Shown: piece by piece, positions 29,345 to 38,500 of the stretch
Numbering within the stretch: the first letter of the stretch is position 1
Layout of the letters: every line of letters begins with the position of its first letter
Source: Trueperaceae bacterium
Lineage (GTDB): Bacteria; Deinococcota; Deinococci; Deinococcales; Trueperaceae
Assembly (NCBI GenBank): GCA_965215565.1
Contig: CBDCDZ010000004.1
Span: 2,432,001-2,496,000, forward strand
Reading direction: 5' to 3'
Length of the DNA stretch: 64,000 nucleotides
Position numbers and translations under genes: made by a program
The notes under the pieces: model-generated
What the model saw: only the letters and a program-made list of their open reading frames with translations
What the model was told of the DNA's origin: nothing
Databases searched by the model: none

Positions 29345-29438
29345 GTGAAGCGCAGCAAGTATTATTGGGTCAGCGACGGGGACGGCGCACGCTCTGCTGC
29401 GAACTCTGAAGCGGTAGTGCAGAAACGATAACCCAAAA

Positions 29439-31001
29439 ATGATGACGCAGAAATGGAGCACAATGATTCGACTTTACGGCGTGTTACTCGTCCTTCTAGC
29501 GCTGAGCGCGTGTAACACCGAGCCGACTACCAGCACACCGACAACGGTTCAGGACCTGTTGGACGGTGACATCACCCTCACGGAAAACCCCTACGAGATT
29601 GCGCCCCTCACGGCTGAAGCTGTTTTTGAAACGAAGAGGCCTGTGCGCGTGACCCTCACCGTCCCCGGAGATGAGCCCGTCACGCAAACCTTTGCAGCGG
29701 CAACCGAGCACCGCATCCCTATCTTAGGGCTCTACCCGGCTACGGACAACCAGGTCACGCTGCGCTTGGAAAGCGACGAAGGCACGGCTGAGACGACGCT
29801 GAACATCGAGACAGACCCTTTACCGGAAGAATTTCCAGCGGTCACGATCGTCAAAGCGAATAAGGGCGAGATGGAGCCGGGCTGGAACCTGAACAGCTTC
29901 AGGCTGAGAGCGGAGCCCGAACGCGCTTTGCCCTTTATGTACGACTCCAAAGGCGTGGTTCGCTGGTACCTAAACCTACCCGTTAGCGGTCGGACGACTT
30001 CGCCTGAGCGGGTTACCAACGGCAACCTCATCTACGGCTTTGAGAGCACGCTCTACGAGTACGACATGCTCGGCAACAAGGTCAACCAGTGGGAGATTCC
30101 CGGCTACAGGTACCACCACGAAATCACCGAGAAGCCAGAGGGCAATCTCAAAGGTAACCTTATCGTCGCAGTCGATAAAGAGGGGCTAGACACCATCGAG
30201 GACTTTGTGATCGAGGTGGACCGTGAAACAGGCACAATCGTGAGGGAGTGGGACTTCAGGGAGGTGCTCGACGTGGACCGCCAGACGTTCGACGACGATG
30301 AAGAGGACTGGCTCCACATGAACGCGATCTTTTACGACGCGCGCGACGACACGCTCATCATTTCGGGGCGCGTCCAGGGACTCGCTAAGGTCACAATGGA
30401 CAACGAACTCGTTTGGATTCTCGCGACGCATAGGGGTTGGAATGAGAACGGTAACGGCGAGGACACGTCCAAGTACCTGCTCACCGCTGTGGACGCAGAC
30501 GGCGAGCCCTACCCAGAAGCCGTTCAGCAGGGCGAAGAGGATACCGAGAATTTCAGTTGGGTGTGGGGGCAACACGCGCCGCTTATTCTGCCTAACGGCA
30601 ATCTGTTCGTGTTCGACAACGGCGAGAACCGCAACTTTAGTGGCAACGGCGACTTCACACAGGATTCACCAAGCTTTAGTCGCGGCGTGGAGTACGCCAT
30701 CGACGCGGAGGCGATGACTGTCGAGCAGGTGTGGCAGTACGGCAAAGAGCGCGGTGAGGCGTTCTACTCACCCATCATCAGCGACGTGGATTATCTGCCG
30801 CAAACGGGCAACCGCCTCATTATGCCCGGCATCATCAACACCTTCTCGCCGCCATCTTACGCGCTCATGACCGAGGTAACGTACGACAAAGAGGTGGTGT
30901 TTGAGGCGAGGCTCGAGTTCAAGAACTTGCTCGAGGGCGAGAGCATCTTCGGAGACTCCATCTACCGCGCCGAACGCCTACCGCTCTATCCCGAGCAGTA
31001 G
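29439..31001 (+). CDS. Aryl-sulfate sulfotransferase (AssT family) lipoprotein
   Basis: Lipobox LSAC, NPY.IAPLTA, YHHE, DWLHMN, GQH, FDNG motifs. Confidence 0.88.
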   Translation: MMTQKWSTMIRLYGVLLVLLALSACNTEPTTSTPTTVQDLLDGDITLTENPYEIAPLTAEAVFETKRPVRVTLTVPGDEPVTQTFAAATEHRIPILGLYPATDNQVTLRLESDEGTAETTLNIETDPLPEEFPAVTIVKANKGEMEPGWNLNSFRLRAEPERALPFMYDSKGVVRWYLNLPVSGRTTSPERVTNGNLIYGFESTLYEYDMLGNKVNQWEIPGYRYHHEITEKPEGNLKGNLIVAVDKEGLDTIEDFVIEVDRETGTIVREWDFREVLDVDRQTFDDDEEDWLHMNAIFYDARDDTLIISGRVQGLAKVTMDNELVWILATHRGWNENGNGEDTSKYLLTAVDADGEPYPEAVQQGEEDTENFSWVWGQHAPLILPNGNLFVFDNGENRNFSGNGDFTQDSPSFSRGVEYAIDAEAMTVEQVWQYGKERGEAFYSPIISDVDYLPQTGNRLIMPGIINTFSPPSYALMTEVTYDKEVVFEARLEFKNLLEGESIFGDSIYRAERLPLYPEQ

Positions 31002-31010
31002 ACATGTACC

Positions 31011-31166
31011 TAGCAGGTTATTTCGTATAGCTTCGCTCAATTAAAGTCTGTCTCGAAAAGCTCGGAAAACTGCGTCCCTGCGGGCTTTCAGAAAGCAGCA
31101 CGCACATTCTGAGATGAGGTCTCGTTAAGCTGCGCTCATCCGTCTCAGTGTGTTTTGGAACTGCTA
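31011..31166 (-). mobile_element. TAGCAG/CTGCTA miniature repeat element, copy 2
   Basis: Ends TAGCAGG...GGAACTGCTA; shares internal blocks with 42686-42970 and 60478-60651. Confidence 0.8.
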
Positions 31167-31170
31167 AAGC

Positions 31171-31209
31171 AAAAAAGCTGCCGTCACTTTTCGGTGACGG
31201 CAGCTTTTT
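31171..31209. terminator. Bidirectional intrinsic terminator
   Basis: AAAAAAGCTGCCGTCAC-TTTTCG-GTGACGGCAGCTTTTT between convergent genes. Confidence 0.88.
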
Positions 31210-31217
31210 CAGGTGCT

Positions 31218-32639
31218 CTAGCCGCCTTTGGGCGACGCGAAGCGCGTCCGCACGTACGTCCCTAGCTCCTGCGGAAGTTTCGGCAACGTCTCAAAGGTAA
31301 AGGCGTCCGCCGCTTTCTTGATCCCTTCGGAGAGCGTCGGGTAGGGGAAGACGACGCCGCCTAGCTTGTAGAGCGAAATGCCCTGATACACCGCGAGCGT
31401 CAGCATGGAGATCATCTCGGAGGCTTTGGGCGCGACGATGGTGGCGCTCAGGATGCGCCCCGTCAGCCGAACGGCGTGGATGCGCACGAAGCCGTCCTCG
31501 AGCCCCTGCGTATACCCTTTGTCCGTATCCTTTAGCTCCACGTGCAGCGTCTTGATGAGGTCGGGGTGGTAGCGCTTATGGAGGTCTTCTAAGCTCGGAC
31601 CCACCATCGCGATTTCAGGATCGCTAAAGGTAGCGCTCGGGTAAGGTGGCTCTTTGCCAAACGTCGGCAACCAGGGCAACGCGAGCCGCCGCACCACGCG
31701 CCGCCCCTGCGCGTTAGCGGAGTGCGTAAAGTTCGAAGCGGGGTTCACGTCGCCGATAGCGAAGAGGCTCTCGACGTTCGTTGCGCCGAAAGGTCCAGCA
31801 GGAACGCCCTTCTTCTCGTCGTAGTGAAGCTCTGTATTCTCCAGCCCCAACCCCGTCACGTTGGGCGTGCGCCCCGCCGCCATCAGCACGCGGTCCACGC
31901 CCGAGAGCGCTATCTCTTGACCGTTTTGGTCCACAAAGAGCGTCTTCTCGTCCTCGTCGTAGCGCGAGGCTTGCGCGTTCAGATAGACCTCGACGCACTT
32001 CTCTTTGAGGCTCTTCTCGAGGACTTGAGAAACTTCGGGATCGCCTACGCTGTAGACCCGCTCGCCCCGGTTGATGAGGCTCACGCGGCTGCCAAGTTTG
32101 CGAAAGGCGAACGCCATCTCCAGACCGATGGGTCCTGCGCCAATGACCGCCAAGTGCTCAGGCTTATGCGGCTCTTCGAACAGGCTTTCATTGGTGAGGG
32201 TGCGCCCTTTTGGGAGCCCGTCAACCTCTAAAAGGCGCGGCTTGCCGCCCGTCGCCAGGACGATATTTTTTGCCTCTAAAGTTTCAACCTTGCCGCCTTC
32301 TAAGCTCACTTCAACGCGGGTCTCGCCCGTCAGCTTCGCCGCGCCGTGAAAAACCGAGACGTTCTCGACGGTGTGGACCCATTCGGTCTCCTCGTCACGG
32401 AGGTGGTTACGCTTGTCACGTATGTGCTGCAGCACCTTATCCGCGTCATCAAAATCATGCTCCACCGAATGGATAAGCGTCTTCGAGGGTACACAGCCGA
32501 CGTTTGTGCAGTCGCCGCCGATGGGTCCGCGCTCAACGAGCGCCACCTGTTTGCCGAACTTCGCTAGACCTACCGCGACGGTGAGCCCACCCGCGCCCGC
32601 ACCGATCACAACCGTATGAAAGGGCGTATGTTGCGCCAT
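31218..32639 (-). CDS. Pyridine nucleotide-disulfide oxidoreductase (MerA/dihydrolipoamide dehydrogenase-like)
   Basis: GAGAGG, GGDCTNVGCVPSK redox motif, YPTLSE; no C-terminal Cys-Cys. Confidence 0.85.
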   Translation of the reverse strand: MAQHTPFHTVVIGAGAGGLTVAVGLAKFGKQVALVERGPIGGDCTNVGCVPSKTLIHSVEHDFDDADKVLQHIRDKRNHLRDEETEWVHTVENVSVFHGAAKLTGETRVEVSLEGGKVETLEAKNIVLATGGKPRLLEVDGLPKGRTLTNESLFEEPHKPEHLAVIGAGPIGLEMAFAFRKLGSRVSLINRGERVYSVGDPEVSQVLEKSLKEKCVEVYLNAQASRYDEDEKTLFVDQNGQEIALSGVDRVLMAAGRTPNVTGLGLENTELHYDEKKGVPAGPFGATNVESLFAIGDVNPASNFTHSANAQGRRVVRRLALPWLPTFGKEPPYPSATFSDPEIAMVGPSLEDLHKRYHPDLIKTLHVELKDTDKGYTQGLEDGFVRIHAVRLTGRILSATIVAPKASEMISMLTLAVYQGISLYKLGGVVFPYPTLSEGIKKAADAFTFETLPKLPQELGTYVRTRFASPKGG

Positions 32640-32640
32640 T

Positions 32641-33369
32641 TTACGCCTCCACCCCTTTGCGGCGTCTGAGGAGCCTCGAGAGCCCCAAACTCGCCACGAA
32701 TATAACGACGGACGCGACCAACACCCACGGATTGAAGCCGCCCCCTTCGGCGCTGAGCCCAGTAGACGCGCCTAAAAGTACAATCCAAATCGTCCCCGGC
32801 AGGGACCCCAAGATCGTCGCCAGGATAAAGGCGCGGTAGCTAATGCGCAAAAAGCCTGCAAGATAGTTGACCAAGTCGTAAGGAAGATAAACGAGGCGCA
32901 TGATAAACACCGTTTCGAAAGCGTTGTCGCGCATCTTGCCCGTCCAGCGCTGCAAACGTCCCTCGTCGCTCCCTTCAGCCTCGAGCGCATCCTGCCCGAA
33001 GAAGTACCCGATAAAGTACGCCAGCGTCGCCCCTAAATTCGCGCCGATAATGGTATAGATAATGCCCCAAACTGCGCCGAAGAGAGCGCCCCCAGCGATA
33101 CTTAGTAGCGTCGCCGAAAAGAGCACAACGGGGCGCAGCGTGTAGAGCCCGATGAAGATAAGGGGCGCTAAGGGGTTGTCGCGCATAAAGTTGACGAGTT
33201 GCCGAACCGTCTGCTGAAGCGCCTCATTCAAAGGTAAGCCGAGGCTAAAGATGTAGGCAGCGAAACCGCCGAGTAAAAGGAGCCAGAACCCACCCGCCAC
33301 GAGTTTCTGCCAGTGCTTGGCGAGGAACGAAGGTTGCTGCGCGGTTGACGGTTGTGACACTTGAGCCAT
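32641..33369 (-). CDS. TVP38/TMEM64 (DedA/SNARE-associated) membrane protein
   Basis: GGALFG..WG, RL..LPYDLVNY.AG, ATILGSLPG motifs. Confidence 0.88.
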   Translation of the reverse strand: MAQVSQPSTAQQPSFLAKHWQKLVAGGFWLLLLGGFAAYIFSLGLPLNEALQQTVRQLVNFMRDNPLAPLIFIGLYTLRPVVLFSATLLSIAGGALFGAVWGIIYTIIGANLGATLAYFIGYFFGQDALEAEGSDEGRLQRWTGKMRDNAFETVFIMRLVYLPYDLVNYLAGFLRISYRAFILATILGSLPGTIWIVLLGASTGLSAEGGGFNPWVLVASVVIFVASLGLSRLLRRRKGVEA

Positions 33370-33370
33370 A

Positions 33371-33973
33371 TTAGAGCCTCCTTAAAGCCCAGCGGACGCG
33401 CTGCCCCGCCGAGAATAAAACGAGCAGCGCCATGAGGGAGAAGAGAAAGGTGAGCGCCTGGGGAAAGATTAAGAACAAGCAGTAGAAGAGGATGGTCTCG
33501 CCTCCTTCGATGAGGCCGCTCGGCATGGTGACGCTGGTTTGCTCACCCCGGCTCACTGCGCCTTGCTTGCGCTTTTCTAAAATCGCCGAGAGGTAGAGCC
33601 AGGAGACGGCGTTTAGGTAGAAGCTCGAGAGGAGCAGCGCTAAACTCAGCCAGACGGGGCTCGAGGACTGCGCCCACGCGAGCGCGACGGGCAAGAGCGC
33701 GTAGATCGCCGTGTCGAGGAGCATGTCCAAGTAGCCGCCCAAGTCACTCTGCTTGGCGCTGCTCCTGGCGATACTGCCGTCTAACCCGTCCAGCACGCGC
33801 CCCACGAGCCACAACCCTAACGCCCAGCCGTACAGCTCGAACGCCGCTGCGCCCACCGCCAAGAGCCCTACGCCGAACGCCGTCAGCGTCACGGTGAGCG
33901 GCGAAATGTCTAAGCGCTTAGCAACGGGCTCCAGCACGCGCTCTTTCGGGAGTCTCAAGTACCTGTCAATCAT
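33371..33973 (-). CDS. CDP-alcohol phosphatidyltransferase family (YnjF-like)
   Basis: DGLDG..AR...SDLGGYLD..LD motif; GLIEGGET. Confidence 0.9.
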   Translation of the reverse strand: MIDRYLRLPKERVLEPVAKRLDISPLTVTLTAFGVGLLAVGAAAFELYGWALGLWLVGRVLDGLDGSIARSSAKQSDLGGYLDMLLDTAIYALLPVALAWAQSSSPVWLSLALLLSSFYLNAVSWLYLSAILEKRKQGAVSRGEQTSVTMPSGLIEGGETILFYCLFLIFPQALTFLFSLMALLVLFSAGQRVRWALRRL

Positions 33974-34302
33974 CGTCGGAGAGCGTCACTACCTTTCTAG
34001 TCTAGGGGTCTTTAGAGCGTTGAAACTACCTCGATTGTAAAACGTTTAGCTGCGCTTCACAGCGGTCAAGTGAACATCTTCCCATTCACCATAACGAACG
34101 AGCTTCGGCTTGTTCGTCAAACACTGTACGAAGACGAGAGTCGTTGACACCCTGCCCCTGCTCGTGAGTACACTTGAGAAATTGGGGGTTTCGAGGGTGG
34201 GGTTCACCTCATTTATGTCCAACGCTTTCGTGCCTGACGCTGGCGCATAAGAAGACGGCCTGAGGTGCGTTAAAGCGCTAGAATAATCCAAGGAGGTCCC
34301 CC

Positions 34303-35001
34303 TTGACATTGCCGCGCAACACATCTCCTAAACCTTACGTCGTCAAAAATACCGGCTTTGCCCAGCGCCTCAGTGAGCGCGATATGGCGGTCTTTCAGCG
34401 CGTTTGCCCCGATAAGATGTACCGCAAAGGCGAGACGATCTTCTACGCGGGCGATCCAGCGACAGACTTGCACGTCATCGCCAAAGGGCAAGTCAAGCTC
34501 GTCACGCAGGATGCGAATGGCAGCGAGCGCATCCTGGTGGTGTGCGGCGTAAACGACTTTATCGGCGAGGCGTTCCTGAGCGAGACCTCGAGTTATTTCG
34601 TAGACGCCGTCGCCCTGACCGACGCCGTGACGTGTCCGGTGAGCCGCCAGCAGTTTTTGCAAATGGCGCTGCACGCGCCGCACTTCACGCTGACCTTTAC
34701 AGAAATTTTAGCGAGCCACCTCTTTCACTGCCGCGAGCAACTCGGTCACTCCTACGCGCCCGTCAAAACGCGCTTGGTCAAGACCTTTTTAGAACAAGCG
34801 GAGCGCTTCGGCGAGCCGGAGCAAGGGGGATGGACCCGGCTCGAGACCAGCCTCAAACACGAAGAACTCGCCTCGATGATCTCCGCCACGCGCGTCAGCG
34901 TGTCGATGGCGATTGCGGAGTTGCGCGAAGCGCAGCTTATTGAGGGGACGCGCGGCAACTACCGAATTGATGTACAGGCGCTGAGCAGCTATCTGCAATG
35001 A
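34303..35001 (+). CDS. Crp/Fnr family transcriptional regulator
   Basis: cNMP domain plus HTH HEELASMISATRVSVS; SD AAGGAGG before TTG. Confidence 0.9.
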   Translation: MTLPRNTSPKPYVVKNTGFAQRLSERDMAVFQRVCPDKMYRKGETIFYAGDPATDLHVIAKGQVKLVTQDANGSERILVVCGVNDFIGEAFLSETSSYFVDAVALTDAVTCPVSRQQFLQMALHAPHFTLTFTEILASHLFHCREQLGHSYAPVKTRLVKTFLEQAERFGEPEQGGWTRLETSLKHEELASMISATRVSVSMAIAELREAQLIEGTRGNYRIDVQALSSYLQ

Positions 35002-35027
35002 GATGAGCGCGGCGCTATACTGCGCAG

Positions 35028-35520
35028 ATGCCTCTATCCTTCCGAACCGACGAAGGGCGCTTTACTTACCGCGTCGCAGGCATCGCCCTCCAAGACGACC
35101 ACGTTCTACTCGGCACAGAGGCGCACATCGACTTCTGGTATCTACCCGGAGGACGCCCCGAGTTCGGTGAAACGCTCCGGGGCGCACTCGCGTGAGGAAC
35201 TTCGCGCAGAGGTTGAGGTTGGGCGATTAACGCTAGTAGTCGAGAACTTCTTCAACCACGCTTCTGAAAAACACCACGGCGTCGGGCTCTACTTCTTGAT
35301 GAGGTTGCCAGCAGCTTGGACGAACAGAGAAGAGGTCTATAAGGGGCTCGAGCACGACGCGGACGCGATTAGAGATTCAGGTCAAGAGGGGGCGCTCGAG
35401 CTGTCCTTTCGCTGGTTTCATCTAAGCCAACTTGAGACGCTCGATGTGCGCCCAAAGTGCTTACAGAAAGCACTCGCCAACCTCTCCGACGAGGTTCAGC
35501 ACCTCATCAACTTTGGATGA
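35028..35520 (+). pseudogene. Nudix hydrolase, frameshifted within the Nudix box
   Basis: ATG 35028 reads MPLSFRTDEGRFTYRVAG...FWYLPGGRPEFGETLRGALA* (TGA 35193); the box resumes in another frame as REELRAEVEVGRL..VVENFF. Confidence 0.8.
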
Positions 35521-35557
35521 CCTCTTGGGCGCGACGACAGAAAGAGCGTACCGCTCG

Positions 35558-38500
35558 CTACCTCTCCTCCACCGGCTTGGGGCGATACGCCTCCTCGAGC
35601 GTCTGTAAAAGGAGCCGCGCTAATACGCCGCCGCTCGCTAGGGTCAAGCTGTCGTCGCGGCGAATCTCCGCTAAGGCCGAATCGTAACGTTTCAAGAGGC
35701 GCGGATGCGTTTCCAAAAACCCTTCAGGACCCCGTTCGCCGCCTTCGCGTAACTCCTCGAAGTAGCGAATCGTCAGCCCGAGTTGGGCGCGGCGCAAGTC
35801 CATGACGAGCCCGCCCAGCGCGATTTTCTCCCACTTGCTCGCGCTCGGCAGCGCGGCGATTTCGTCGCGGAGGACGCCCAGCGAGAGGCGTTCGCCCAAG
35901 CCGTAGAAGCGCTTGGCGGCTTCGTCCACGCTCACGTTCGCCACGCGGCTCACGTCCACGATATTCATCGCGCTCGGCAGGTACTCCATCGCGGCGGCTT
36001 CAGCGGCTAAGGGGTTGGGGCACTCAAGGGATGTAAAGGTCTGCTTATGGCTCTGGTAATGGTCCTTTTCGCCACCGGGGAGGAAGGACTCAAGACCCTC
36101 GCGCAGCGTCTTCATCGGCTCCTTATACGTCTCGACAAACTCAGGAATTGAACGTATCGCCACGTCCGAGAGGAGTATCCAAGCGACGATGTCCTCGGCG
36201 GCGCTAACGAACTCCTCTAGCATCGTGTACTGCGCGTCCGCCGCAATCTCGTAGTCGAGGGCAAACACGCGCTCTAAAAAGTCGCTCGCACCTAAAATCT
36301 CTAGTGCTACGAGCGCCGCCCGGATGACCTCCACCGGGCTTGCGCCCGTGTCGCGGATGCTGCGGTGCACAAAGGTGATACCTAAGAGGTCCACAACGGT
36401 ATTTGTGAACTGCGTGGCGATGATCTCACGGCGTAGCGAGTGGTTTTGAATGACCTCGGGGAAGCGCTCACTCAGAGCACTCGGGAAATAGTCGAAGAGG
36501 TAGTGCTGGAAGTGCGGCTCATCGGGGAAGTCGGTCTCTAAGAGGCGGCGGTAGATGCCCATCTTTGTGTAAGCGAGAAGGATCGCCAACTCGGGACGGG
36601 TCAGGCCCTCGCCAGAGCGCTGCCGCTCGCCGATGACCCTGGGGTTCGGCAAGAACTCCACCTCGGGTTTTAAGGGACCGCGCTCCGCTAAGTAGTCTTG
36701 CAGCGACGCGAAGAGAGGGAGTTCCTCTTGGCTGCGCCGCTCGGCGAGCGAGAGCGCCAAGGACTGCTCGTAGTTGTCGCGCAAAACCGAGGCGCTGACC
36801 TCATCTGTCATCTCGTCTAGTAGGCGGTTGCGCTGCATAAAGGATAACTCGCCGCTGCCGACGAGCGGGCGCAGGGCAATTTTGATGTTGACCTCGTGGT
36901 CGGACATGTCCACGCCGCCCGAGTTGTCGATGGCGTCGGTGTTGATGCGCCCGCCGCGCTTCGCGTATTCGGTGCGGGCGAGTTGGGTGAAGCCCAAGTT
37001 GCCGCCCTCGCCGACAACTTTGGCGCGAAGCTCGGGGGCATCTATGCGCACGGCGTTGTTCGAAGAATCCCCCACGTCCGCGTGCGTTTCCGAAGACGCT
37101 TTGACGTATGTGCCGATGCCGCCGTTCCAAAGCAGATCCACAGGCATTTTGAGAACCGCCCGGATGAGGTCTTGCCCGGAAAGGGCGTCCGCGTCAACGT
37201 CCAACATCACCTTGACTTGAGGGGTGAGGGCGATGGACTTAGTGAACCTCGAATAGACCCCGCCCCCCTCGCTGATGAGATTCTCGTCATAGTCTTCCCA
37301 CGTCGAGCGCGGTTTTTCGAACAGACGTTTGCGCTCCTCAAAGCTCTTTTTAGGGTCAGGGTCGGGGTCTAAAAAGATGTGCAGGTGGTTAAAGGCCGCT
37401 TGCAGTTTGAGCGTGTTCGTGTAGAGGAGCCCGTTGCCAAACACGTCCCCCGACATATCCCCGATGCCCGCTATGGTGACACCATGCTCGTAAACGTTCG
37501 TGCCCATCTCATAAAAGTGCCGCTTGACGCACTCCCACGCGCCGTTTGCGGTAATCGCCTCCTCCTTGTGATCATAGCCGTGCGAGCCGCCCGAGGCGAA
37601 GGCGTCGCCGAGCCAGAAGCCGTACTCGGCGGCGGTCTCGTTGGCGAGGTCAGAGAAGGTAGCCGTGCCTTTGTCTGCCGCGACAACCAGGTAAGGGTCA
37701 GGCGCGTCGTAGGCGACGACGCCTTCGGGCTGCACCGTTTTGCCGTCCACCCGGTTATCGGTGAGGTCCAAGAGGCTGCGGATGTAGGTCCTGTACTGCG
37801 TCCTCACGTACTCGCGCAAAGCTTCACGGTCGGCGGGTGCGTTCTTGACGATGAAGCCCCCCTTCGAGCCCACCGGGACGATCACCGCGTTTTTGGTCAT
37901 CTGCGTTTTCATCAACCCCAAAACTTCGGTGCGGAAGTCATCCGGGCGGTCGCTCCAGCGCAAGCCGCCGCGCGCCACTTTGCCGCCGCGCAGGTGTGTC
38001 CCTTCAACTTTCGGGCTCGACATGGCGATTTCAAAGAGCGGGCGCGGCTCGGGCATCTGGGTGACTTGTGAAGAGTCTAACTTGAGTGAGATATAAGGTT
38101 TGTCCAGGAAAAAGTTCGTGCGCACCGCCGCCGTGACTAAGTTGAAGAGCCCGCGCAGCGTCTGGTCTTCGGACAATGAGGCGACCGCTTGGAGCGCCTC
38201 GGAAAAGGAGGTCTGCACCGCTTCTAGTTCCGTTTCTCTGTTCTCTAGCCCCGGCTTAAACTTCGCGTCGAAGGCGCGGTAGATGAGGCGAGCGACGTCC
38301 GGGTGGTTGAGGAGCGTGCCGGTGACGAAGCTCCGGCTCGTCCCAGGACTCAGTTGGGCATAGTACATCTGCAAGGTGCTCAAAAGGGCGACTTGCCGCA
38401 CGCTGAGGCTGCCGTAGAGCACCAAGCGGTTGAGGGCGTCGCTCTCGGCGCTCTGGGTGAGCAGGGCTAAGAGCGCCTCTTTAAGCCGCTCGCCGTGCTC

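Noticed and set aside
31218..32639. Mercuric reductase merA
   Set aside because: No C-terminal Cys-Cys, no NmerA domain and no mer operon.
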